Source: an uncultured Methanoregulaceae archaeon (GTDB lineage Archaea; Halobacteriota; Methanomicrobia; Methanomicrobiales; Methanospirillaceae). Taken from it: DNA of 64,000 bases. The stretch is from positions 832,001 to 896,000 of the forward strand of contig CAWJAX010000003.1 of NCBI GenBank assembly GCA_963841015.1. Reading direction: 5' to 3'. The notes under the pieces were generated by a model. The model saw only the letters and a list, made by a program, of their open reading frames with translations. It was not told the DNA's origin and did no database searches. Each line of letters begins with the position of its first letter. Positions within the stretch are counted from its first letter, which is position 1. Below, one piece after another: positions 31,014 through 40,275 of the stretch. Made by a program: the position numbers and the translations under genes.

Positions 31014-33099
31014 TCATTCATCTTCCTCATCAAGGTACCCGTCTAGTGCATCAAGAAGTTCTGCCGATGACTGATAGCGTTTGGCCGGATCTTTTTCAAG
31101 GCATTTGAGGATAATCTTCTCCACAACTGCTGCATCAGAATTGAACTCTGATGGAGGAATCGGCTGCTCTCTCAGGATCGCATTTCCGACTTCAACAATA
31201 CTCTCACCCCCAAACGGAACAGAGCCGGTTACCAGTTCGTAAAAGACCACTCCGAGCTGGTAGATATCGGTCCGTTCATCGGTCCTTCCAAACTCCGAAG
31301 GAGAGACCTGTTCGGGAGCCGCATAGGCAAGTGAAAAGCCTGCAATGCTGGACTTTTTTACCTCATTGGCAAGCACTTTGCTCATCCCCCAGTCGGTGAT
31401 TTTAGGAACGAAGTCTGTATCAAGAAGGATATTATGTGGCTTGATATCCCGGTGGATGAAACCCTGCTGATGGGCATATTTCAAACCGTCCGCTATACCC
31501 CGAATAAGGTGTACCGCTTTCCAGACGGGGATTGGTTTCTCAATCGACTCGAGAGCATCGGGTACATATTCCATCTCAACGAAGGGAACAGGGAGGATAT
31601 TAACAGCCGTAACTTTTACAATATTAGGATGTCGCAGGGTCTCCCATGCCGCAATCTCGTTGAGAAAAGATTTTCCCGTCATTTCATCGAAACTTATCGG
31701 GATCTTCACTGCGACCATCATTGCATCCGATTTTCGGCGAGCTGAGAAAACCCATGCAATGCCTCCTCGTCCGATATATTTTATCTCAGTATATTTGCTC
31801 TCCAGTTCATTCGGGAAGAAGTTCATTTGTTCTGCAACCGAGGTGAAAGTCCTGGTTGTCCCCGGAACTGTCGTACCCGTTTCGGGGATCGTTGCAGCCG
31901 GGCTAACCCTGGGGGCAGTCCTTGATATCTTTTGTGGGGAGGTTGAATCCTTACTGATAAAAATAACCTCCTGCCTGCTTTCTTTATGTTTCAGCTGCCT
32001 GAAAATGATCAACACTACTGCACCTGCAACCAGCAGCACAATAAGCTCTACGACAAGAAGGGTAGTAGGTTGACCATTGCCGGTTTTATCTGCAGGTGTT
32101 GGAAGGGGAGAAATGGGAATCTGCGTTGCATCAGGAAGGGTAGTTTCAGGGCGTGCCGTTTGTTCAATTACGGGAAAAGTCGGCAAGGCGAATGGCTGAG
32201 GTGTAATCACCCCTCGGGTGACAGGGAGAACCTCGTAGTAAAACGGTAACGGATCCATCAGGGGAAATGCATCATTAATGTTCTGGTAGGATTCAAGGAT
32301 CGCTTTCGGATTTGCCCCGATCATTATGCCATACGGTGTATCTCCAATCCCGTCACCATTTTTATCCTTTCCACGGTAATCACTCCAAAAATTACCCATG
32401 TTGCTCTGTTCATGAACGCCAAGATAGGTATACGCAAAAGGATCCGGGGACGACCAGAGCGAAGTCGGACTCTTGGAAATTACGTTCTGTGGATTGTCAA
32501 AATTGTTCCGGTAGATCTGGTTTGAGAGGGAATACTCGTCAAGCGTGATCCCGATTGTATTTTTTGATACGATATTTTCTTCGATCAGGTTATTATTTGA
32601 GTATTCAAGCGCTACTCCGACCTGGCGGCTGTTGGAAATATTGTTGCCATAAATGGTATTTTTCGTCAGCTGACTCGAGCAGGATTCCTTTGGAATTGTT
32701 CAGGAATGTATTGTGCCGGATGGTGTTCTCACTGGACCTGATGCGCATTCCATTGAGTAACTCAATGTTCTGAAATGTAAATCCTTCAACTCTGCATCCA
32801 TCGGCAAGAATTTCCATCGCGCTTCCATTATTTGCCAGATCAATTATGGGTGGCCCGCCTCCGCTGTCTACCCCGGAAAGAATTATCCTTTTATCAAGCA
32901 GGAGATTTTCCGGGTATGTTCCACTATTCACAATAATGGAATCCCCGGGAAAAGCCTGATTAATTGCTGCCTGGATGCTGGTAAATTCAGCACCGTTGGG
33001 AGCAACGGTATATTCTGAGGCATGCGCTGCAGGTATGCTGATAATTGAAATAAGGATAATGATAACCAGGGAGCAGACAAGACGATGAACTGGAATCAT
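31014..33099 (-). CDS. Receptor-like Ser/Thr (Hanks) protein kinase: signal peptide, NosD/CASH beta-helix, TM, kinase (one frameshift near 32667)
   Basis: FTSIQAAI..A.PGD.I.V..GTY.E and Asn-ladder repeats; GNFWSDY.G.D..GDGIGD; TM; IGRGG, VAVK, HRDIKPHN, DWG, YAAPE, DIYQLG. Removing one base joins the two ORFs. Confidence 0.88.
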
Positions 33100-33189
33100 A
33101 GGCAGCGACTGTAATATTTTATTTCCTGTTGAATTAGAGTTTTTGATATTTTTCTCTCTCTCCTTACGAGCGAGATTAGTTTATGCTAA

Positions 33190-33973
33190 TCAGTCTTTCT
33201 GCGGGATGATGATAAGAAGTTTAACCCCGGATACTCCTTTGGAGAACTCAATGAGATCTCCATCATGGATTAAAACGCGTGTATTTTTTTCAAGGCGCCG
33301 GGTGTTGAGCTGGTACCTCCTGTGCTCCCACAGTCTTCGATGTGCCAGCCTTCGTTAATATGAATAAATCTGCCATGAGGTTTTGATACCCGGGTCACCG
33401 CAGTATAACCATCAGAGAAAACGATATCAGTGTCAGGAGAAAACGCAGCCTGATTCTCAGGATCGATCCGGCCGATACGGATTTGATCCTGTTTCAGCAT
33501 GAACACTTTCCCATCGTCAGGACCGCCAAGTACTATTGCGGTGGGTACATTTCCCAGAACCTCTTTCGAGAGAGTATTTTTTACCTCTTCCAAACGGCGG
33601 GAAATATCGCTTCCCATGATCTGTACCGGGTGTTGGAAAAAAGACCCAGATTCCTTATGATTGCTTCAAGCCCACCGGGTACTATGGAATATTCCCAGAC
33701 CGGATGAATGCCCTTGGATGTGGGGGCACCCAGTCCTGCCTCTTTTTTTATCACACCTACACTCAGGAGCTTGTCAAGATGTTTTTTAGTATTTTCATAG
33801 CTGGTTTCGATCTCTTTTGAAATGGCACGGGCGTCACGGGGCTTTTTTTCGAGAAATTTTAGTATTCTAAGCCGCGCGCTACTTGAGAGCACATCGAGAT
33901 ACTCTGACAGTTCTTCCAGTGAGTCTGAATCTTCACGAATTATAATTGTCGGACTTTTGTCCGCCTGATTCAT
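33190..33973 (-). CDS. ArsR-like wHTH + FHA domain transcriptional regulator (frameshifts near 33625 and 33310)
   Basis: LSSSARLRILKFL...KHLDKLLSVGVI (wHTH), then IRIGR...TRVSKPH...WHIEDCGSTGGT.LN...IHDGDLI (FHA). Confidence 0.82.
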
Positions 33974-34356
33974 TGCACTCCTCCAGGGTCACATCGGATT
34001 TGTTCCATAACCCAATAGTAAATAGACTATACGGTCGTAACGGTTTATATTCTCTCCCTGTACTGTCATTCCTGTTTGTTCATGGCTGTAACTCATCGGT
34101 TCAATAGTCCAACCAATATGATTTTGGGTATTTATCAGTACCTGCCATTAAACAATATACTCAGGTGATACACGAAACGCATTCGGGGTGTCACCGACCC
34201 ATCCAATGCACATTGAACCAGATTAAAACCCCATACTAAAAGACAACAAAGGAACGTTCAAAAACAAGATCTCACTCCAGAGAAAGAGGGATCCAAACCC
34301 CTCTGCAATCATACATTAAAAATAACTAATATTCTTTTTTAAAAAACAGATTAAAG

Positions 34357-34795
34357 GGTTCTGGAGAAGCAGACATGAATCCAGATGGTTCAATCCCGAA
34401 CCATGAAAATCGTAATACATTCGATGGAACCCCGCCTCAGGGATTCTCCGAGGCACGGCGGGCAGGGTTTTTTTAAAATTGTTTGTTCCTGATCCGCCGC
34501 GGGGGCGACCGTTTGCGGGGCGGCGGCGATCATCGTACATGGAGGCGTGTGAAAAAAAATCTCGTATTATACCTGAATAGTTCAATTTTCAGGGAAATTC
34601 CATTTCCATTGATATGAAACTCAGGATGCTGGTGCGATGAAGGAGGGACCCGTGCCTGTTCCCTCATACCATCCCTGCGCTTAACACGAATACAACGTAA
34701 TACCTGTTCTGGAGTTATCGCGTCAGGGGTGCCACAGCAGTGGGGGGTAAACCCTCTTGAGCGTGTAGCTTGTAATTGAGCATTTCTAAAGAGCC
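34357..34795 (+). mobile_element. MITE copy 3 (~439 bp), ISL3-like ends
   Basis: Ends GGTTCTGGAGAA / TTCTAAAGAGCC; flanks GATTAAAG / AATAAAAG match at 6/8; homologous to copies 1 and 2. Confidence 0.8.
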
Positions 34796-34805
34796 AATAA
34801 AAGGG

Positions 34806-35747
34806 TTAGTTCTGTTTCTTTCCTGCCAGAACTCCGCACAGACCAATAATACCAAGCGCAGCAATAGCAAGGACACCGGGAGAAGGTGAGGTGGGTGTAC
34901 TGGCGGGATAGGATGTCGGCACAGCAGTCGTTAATTTTGGGGTCAGTGTTTTTGGAGGGGTAGTTGTGGTTGCCGGTACTTTGGTAACATCTGTTGTTGT
35001 GATGGTGACCGCCAGAGGTTCAGTAAGCCGGACATTATCGATATTGCCTTCTGCATAAATACCCATCATACCATAATCACCCTTGGAACCCGTATATACC
35101 CTGTTCATGCCGTTCAGGTTCTCAGCGGTGTTCAGATAATAACTCCAGATCTCCCGCCCGGTCAACCAATCTTTTACCTTCATGCTGGTGGTTTTTTGAT
35201 CATCATCGTAATGTATGGTTACGTGATAGGTTTTGTTTACTTCATACTTTACCGTGGGCCCGTTATAGGCATTTGGCCCCATTTCTGCTGCCGCATGCTG
35301 GCTGTTCACCTCTAACAGCTTGCCGCCCGTTGTCACCAGGTGAAGCCACATAATCTGCCCATATTTTGCATTGCTAAACATTGAGAGGACGTTTGGACCT
35401 TTTGAAGGATCCATCTCAGTTCCTGATAATCCGAACCTGAACGTTGCTCCATTATCTATTCTGGTCAGAATGAGGTCATATTCAAACGTGAAGGAGCCTC
35501 TTTCATAATCGACCGGTATATATGCATATCCGCCAGTACTGGGTTCATTGGAAAAATGATACATTCCAAGGTTCGGATCCCAGTAATTGGTTGAGGGATT
35601 GTTTGTCAGCCAATGAGGATCCGTGGTGAATGAAGTCTGGTATATTACCTTGACGGTATTGTCATCGGAAAGCGCCTGCGGGGAAGGAATTGACGCCAGC
35701 AGGAATACTGCAATGATAAGGTGCAGGGAATATTTTCGTATCTTCAT
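34806..35747 (-). CDS. Cell-surface protein: signal peptide, beta-sandwich domain, Thr/Pro linker, PGF-CTERM-like anchor
   Basis: N-terminal hydrophobic signal; TTTTPPKT...STPTSPSPG linker; C-terminal PGVLAIAALGIIGLCGVLAGKKQN. Confidence 0.72.
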   Translation of the reverse strand: MKIRKYSLHLIIAVFLLASIPSPQALSDDNTVKVIYQTSFTTDPHWLTNNPSTNYWDPNLGMYHFSNEPSTGGYAYIPVDYERGSFTFEYDLILTRIDNGATFRFGLSGTEMDPSKGPNVLSMFSNAKYGQIMWLHLVTTGGKLLEVNSQHAAAEMGPNAYNGPTVKYEVNKTYHVTIHYDDDQKTTSMKVKDWLTGREIWSYYLNTAENLNGMNRVYTGSKGDYGMMGIYAEGNIDNVRLTEPLAVTITTTDVTKVPATTTTPPKTLTPKLTTAVPTSYPASTPTSPSPGVLAIAALGIIGLCGVLAGKKQN

Positions 35748-36156
35748 AGGTTCTTCTCCGGTTATTTCTCTGAAATGGGGAAACATGTCCGATCTGGTTT
35801 TTTCACACCGCTGTCCGATAGAATGTTCGCACTCTTCACTCAGGGACGTTGGAATCGTAGTGTAAATCTACTGTACATATGCTGTCCAGCCTTTCTTAAA
35901 AATATCGAGCCTTGTATGGGAAAAGCAAGACCTCGGGTGTTTGAAAGGTTTTCGAGGTGACATAACCAAAGTCATCGGGTTGAGAATAGGTGTCAGGCGG
36001 GGGGTTACCGGATTTTTCGATGCGGAAAGATACGCTTCCCCAAGGTTTGTGCCGGTCATATTTTTGATTTCTTTTTTTGGCTGGTCGGCAAGGTTCAAAT
36101 AAACACTATATTTATCTTTAAAATCACGCAATATTAGACAGCAGAAAAGTGATTGC

Positions 36157-36227
36157 GCGATAATAGTCTAGCGGTAGGACAGGAGCTTCCCAAGCTTCTA
36201 ACCCGGGTTCGATCCCCGGTTATCGCA
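36157..36227 (+). tRNA. tRNA-Gly (CCC)
   Basis: Acceptor GCGATAA/TTATCGC-A, anticodon arm GGAGC-TTCCCAA-GCTTC, T-loop GTTCGATC. Confidence 0.93.
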
Positions 36228-36235
36228 TCGGTTTT

Positions 36236-36919
36236 ATGGAGATGGAACCCGAACGCTGTGCAATACGGATTATCGCGGAGAACCGCCAGGGTGTCCTTCG
36301 GGATATCGCAACGATAGTTGCTGAGCACGAAGCAAATATCGTGATGATCAACCAGGAAGTGTTCGATTCCGGCCCCTATACAGGAATGGCGGAACTCTAT
36401 TTCGAATATGATGCGGGGCAGGGTAGTGATCACAACAAGCTTATTGAGGATTTAAACAATATTCCCTCGGTTCGGAATGTTAAGTCATACCAGCCGTTTG
36501 GCCATATTTTCGGGTCAAGGGTTATCATCATTGGCGGGGGGGCGCAGGTTGCACAGGTTGCACTTGGTGCTGTAAATGAAGCAGACCGGCACAATATCCG
36601 TGGTGAAAGAATTTCGGTAGACACTATTCCGCTTGTCGGTGAACGGACACTCGCGCTCGCAGTGGATGCAGTTGCACGGCTTCCCCGTGCATCAATTCTC
36701 GTTCTCGCGGGTTCTATTATGGGGGGTGAGATTTCAAAGGCAGTAGACCGGGTCCGTGAAGCCGGAATCCCGGTCATTGCACTGAAGATGGCGGGAACGG
36801 TTCCCGAACATGCTGACCTCGTAGTTACCGATCCTATCCAGGCGGGAGTTTTTGCAGTAATGCATATCAGCAGCAAAGCGGTATTCGACATCAACCGGGT
36901 CCGTGGGCGTGAGTTCTAG
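36236..36919 (+). CDS. ACT-domain methanogen conserved protein (DUF5612-like)
   Basis: N-terminal ACT (GVLRDIA..VAEH.ANI); GGGAQVAQVA.GA..EADRHNIRGERISVDTIP. Confidence 0.8.
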   Translation: MEMEPERCAIRIIAENRQGVLRDIATIVAEHEANIVMINQEVFDSGPYTGMAELYFEYDAGQGSDHNKLIEDLNNIPSVRNVKSYQPFGHIFGSRVIIIGGGAQVAQVALGAVNEADRHNIRGERISVDTIPLVGERTLALAVDAVARLPRASILVLAGSIMGGEISKAVDRVREAGIPVIALKMAGTVPEHADLVVTDPIQAGVFAVMHISSKAVFDINRVRGREF

Positions 36920-37492
36920 ATGGATATCATCGAAAAAGCAGTATCAGTGCTTATGCATGACGGGACGATCATCTATCCTACAGAAACAATCTACGGTCTC
37001 GGCGCTGATGCTTTTTCTGATGAGGCAATTCTGAAAGTTTACGAAGCAAAAAAACGCCCCCTGGGTATGCCAATTTCCATTGCTGTATCTGATTTTGATA
37101 TGCTCGCCGCGGTTGCTCATGTTGAGCCCCACATGCATGCATTTATTGAGGCTTTTCTTCCCGGCCCGGTCACCGTAATTCTTTGCGCCCGCAGACTGGT
37201 TCCGGATATCCTTACCGGGGGCACGGGAATGATCGGCATCAGGATGCCGGCGCACGACCTTGCACTGCAAATCATCGAACGATTCGATGCTCCCATCACC
37301 GCTACAAGCGCAAACCTCCACGGAGCAAAAGACCCGCAGACACCAGACGAATGCACGGTACCACGCGAGCTTCTTATCGATGGAGGCAGGCTGCCAGGCA
37401 CTTCGAGCACCGTTGTCGATCTCAGAAATAAAACAATCCTCCGCAGAGGCGTACAGGCAGAAGCGGTCGAAGCGTTCCTTAAAAAACTCTGA
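36920..37492 (+). CDS. tsaC: L-threonylcarbamoyladenylate synthase (YrdC-only)
   Basis: YPTETIYGLG, K.RP, PGP.T, GIRMP, TATSANL.G, SSTVVD motifs. Confidence 0.92.
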   Translation: MDIIEKAVSVLMHDGTIIYPTETIYGLGADAFSDEAILKVYEAKKRPLGMPISIAVSDFDMLAAVAHVEPHMHAFIEAFLPGPVTVILCARRLVPDILTGGTGMIGIRMPAHDLALQIIERFDAPITATSANLHGAKDPQTPDECTVPRELLIDGGRLPGTSSTVVDLRNKTILRRGVQAEAVEAFLKKL

Positions 37493-37498
37493 TTTTTT

Positions 37499-38425
37499 AT
37501 GATGCCTGTCCGTTTGCGTGATTTTATCGAGGACTCTGATGGCTGGCTCTATGCAGTTTCTACGTACGATAATGATGAGAAGGTCGGCTGCGTACTCCGG
37601 TATGTTCCCGATGAGACTGGCGAACGTGTAAACCCTTTTGGAATGCGATATAAAAAATATGATTTTGAAGATGCCTACGCTTTCATCGAACAGTACAAAC
37701 CGCAGTATTCAAATCTGGTCCAGCGCGTCCCGATTCAGGACATAAAAAAAGTGTTGAAACCAGAAATTGAAATTCCCCATATTGCCCGGAAACATCTATG
37801 GGTTAAAAAACTCCTTGATCTTTTCGGCCTTCCTGCAGGGACCATAGGTTGTACCGGCTCACTCCTGTGCGGACTGGAGAATGATGCATCTGATATCGAC
37901 ATGGTTGTTTATGGAAAGCACTGGTTTTCCGCACAGAAACTGGTCCGGCAGGGAATTCTTGATGGTCGTATGGAGGGGCTTTCATCCGAAATGTGGCGGA
38001 AAGTGTATGAGAAGCGTAAACCTGATATTTCGTATGACCAGTTTGTGCTTCACGAGCTGCGGAAATGGAACCGTGGACAGATTGATGGCACCTATTTCGA
38101 TATTCTCTATACGCGTTCCTATGACGAAATGAAAAGTGCACCGATGGGAAGAGGAAAGGTACTTGGCAAAATGGAGATAGAAGCACAAGTAAGCGATGCT
38201 TCCCTTGCATTTGACAGCCCGGCAGTGTATGAAGTGGAGCACAAATCAGTGAGAAGGGTCCTCTCATTTACCCACACCTATAGCGGCCAGGCACTTGAGG
38301 GGGAGACCATGGAGGCATGTGGTATCTGCGAGCAGCATGGCGATGAACTCTGGCTGGTTGTAGGGACGACGCGCGAAGCGAGGGGAGAATATATTTTGTC
38401 AAAGACGCTGCTGGAACAGGGTTGA
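37499..38425 (+). CDS. Archaeal nucleotidyltransferase-domain protein (COG1665-like)
   Basis: RLRDF, LRYVPD, GCTGS.L.GL....SDID.VVYG (Pol-beta NTase motif), SFTHTY.GQ. Confidence 0.75.
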   Translation: MMPVRLRDFIEDSDGWLYAVSTYDNDEKVGCVLRYVPDETGERVNPFGMRYKKYDFEDAYAFIEQYKPQYSNLVQRVPIQDIKKVLKPEIEIPHIARKHLWVKKLLDLFGLPAGTIGCTGSLLCGLENDASDIDMVVYGKHWFSAQKLVRQGILDGRMEGLSSEMWRKVYEKRKPDISYDQFVLHELRKWNRGQIDGTYFDILYTRSYDEMKSAPMGRGKVLGKMEIEAQVSDASLAFDSPAVYEVEHKSVRRVLSFTHTYSGQALEGETMEACGICEQHGDELWLVVGTTREARGEYILSKTLLEQG

Positions 38426-38487
38426 AAAAAGATGAGAAATTCATGCTGTTTTTACCTGCACAGTAAGCAATCCAGAGTGAGACCTCA

Positions 38488-38860
38488 TTGAAAACAAAAC
38501 TCATTGCCCCTTGTGGTATGACCTGTGCAATTTGTAGAGCTTTTCTCCTGGAGAGAAACAGGTGTGAGGGGTGCTGGTCACCGGAAAGATAATGCAATAA
38601 ACACTGCACAATTCGTTCATGCATCATGCGGAAAGGGAAATACTGTTTTGATTGTGATCTTTTTCCCTGTACAAGACTCCGGCAGTCAGACTCACGATAC
38701 AGGAAAAACTGTCGGGTGAGCAGGATAGAAAATCTTTGAATCTGTCAGGAACCAGGGTATCCGCAAATTTAACAGAACTGAGAAACAGCGATGGACCCGC
38801 TCAAAAATGCGGCGGAATAGTGTGTGTTCACCGAGGGGTTTGTTTTACCTGTGGGAACCG
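38488..38860 (+). pseudogene. DUF3795-like Cys-rich protein remnant
   Basis: LIAPCGMTCAICRAF...RCEGC....*..HCTIRSC...YCFDCDLFPC.RL...D.RYR...IENL* with two in-frame stops; boundaries approximate. Confidence 0.65.
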
Positions 38861-38902
38861 CAAAGAATAATCCTGCCTTTTTAAAAAGGAGGATTGCCCT
38901 GT

Positions 38903-39577
38903 TCACAACAGCTCCGACAGCCGGTGTCCACTACTGCTCTCGCACCGCTCTTTGTATTTACACTGGTTGCAGGGAGCGTTCAGCGGGTGCCGGGGTAGTT
39001 CTCCTTTCCGGATTGACCGGATTTTGTGCAGGGTGGTAATAACCTGACGCCGGTCCCGGGGCTGGACAGTATGAAATCGTGAGATTCCATCAGGAATATA
39101 TTCCACATTCCCGCCAGTCACTTCTTTTCCGGTCATCTCCTCAATACAGAACGCGATGCATGCAATCCGTAACCGGTCTGCTGCATATGTACCAAACGGC
39201 ATTGCGCCAGCAGCACGTATGATGGAATAGGTCCCATCATCAGTTACACGGTCTGCCATGCCAACAAGGCCGTGTTTTTCTGAAAAAACCCGCACATCAG
39301 ATTGAGCTGCCGGCATCCAGTCTGTTTTATTGCAGGAAGTAATGCAGGTATCCAGGAATAAACGCAGATTAGGATCTATATCAGGGCGAACCGCGAGTAC
39401 CTCACTCCAGATAATCTCTGAATCGAGAGGACTCCCAAGATGATAGGAAAGCTGTTTACAGATCGTGTACCGCCCTGATTCAGTGAGGGGATCGTTTCTT
39501 TCGTAGTAATACCGTACCGGGCATGCATGCACCCGGATCAGATCCGATACTGCGACGTGGTCCCTGTTTTCTGTCAG
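38903..39577 (-). CDS. Stand-alone Cas4/Dna2-like Fe-S protein with degenerate nuclease motifs
   Basis: VSDL..VH.CP...YY at the N-terminus, GLVGMADRV, C-terminal PCNQCKYKERC; candidate CTG start after GAGGAG. Confidence 0.7.
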   Translation of the reverse strand: MTENRDHVAVSDLIRVHACPVRYYYERNDPLTESGRYTICKQLSYHLGSPLDSEIIWSEVLAVRPDIDPNLRLFLDTCITSCNKTDWMPAAQSDVRVFSEKHGLVGMADRVTDDGTYSIIRAAGAMPFGTYAADRLRIACIAFCIEEMTGKEVTGGNVEYIPDGISRFHTVQPRDRRQVITTLHKIRSIRKGELPRHPLNAPCNQCKYKERCESSSGHRLSELL

Positions 39578-39727
39578 GATATCTCCTCATACAAGCGTAG
39601 GGAACCGGGGGGATTATACTTATTGAATCGATATCAGCCGCAAACGAGGGAATGAGTATCAGAAATTGAGTATCAGGAATTTTTTAGAGCCAACATATTT
39701 CATTCCGGTAGTGCAAACCTGATCATC

Positions 39728-40024
39728 ATGACAGGACAGGAAATTTCAGTCAATATTCCACCCACACTCGACCCGGTGTACAGCAACATGATCCAGATCG
39801 CCTATAAGGATGACGAGTTCACGTTTATGTTTCTCCATCAGCTTCCGCAGGTGAACCAGGCTCGGGCTAAGGCAATTGTCTCTATTACACCAGCCCATGC
39901 AAAAAACCTGCTTGGTGTGCTGACAAAGACTGTTGCTGACTATGAGTTAAAATTCGGCACCATATCCCCCCCAAAAGAGACTCAGGGTTCCGAGAAGGTT
40001 ACTACACTGAGCGGGTATTCCTGA
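39728..40024 (+). CDS. DUF3467 family protein
   Basis: PVYSN...I....DEF...F, A..IVSITPAHAK.L...L...V.DYE.KFG.I pattern. Confidence 0.8.
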   Translation: MTGQEISVNIPPTLDPVYSNMIQIAYKDDEFTFMFLHQLPQVNQARAKAIVSITPAHAKNLLGVLTKTVADYELKFGTISPPKETQGSEKVTTLSGYS

Positions 40025-40069
40025 AACGCATATTTTATTAGAGCATGCGTCGATATTGTGAGATATTGC

Positions 40070-40141
40070 GCCGCCGTGGCTTAGCGGCATAGCGGCTGAT
40101 TCGTAATCAGCAGGTCGAGGGTTCAATTCCCTCCGGCGGCT
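40070..40141 (+). tRNA. tRNA-Thr (CGT)
   Basis: Acceptor GCCGCCG/CGGCGGC-T, anticodon arm GCTGA-TTCGTAA-TCAGC, T-loop GTTCAATTC. Confidence 0.94.
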
Positions 40142-40275
40142 TTTAGACAAAACGTTGGATTTCTCTGACGGATATTTTTAAAATTAAACCACTTCCCGGT
40201 CAGCTCACTCTGCCGGAAATACTGCATTCCTCATAGCCTGTTCTTTAAAGAGTAACGGATGATGCACTAAAAAAA

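Noticed and set aside
36157-40141. Integrated element between tRNA-Gly and tRNA-Thr, or at the other tRNAs
   Set aside because: No integrase and no duplicated tRNA 3' end were seen; the neighbouring genes are mostly housekeeping.
38400-40200. CRISPR-Cas locus around the Cas4-like gene
   Set aside because: No repeat-spacer array and no other cas genes were seen anywhere in the window.
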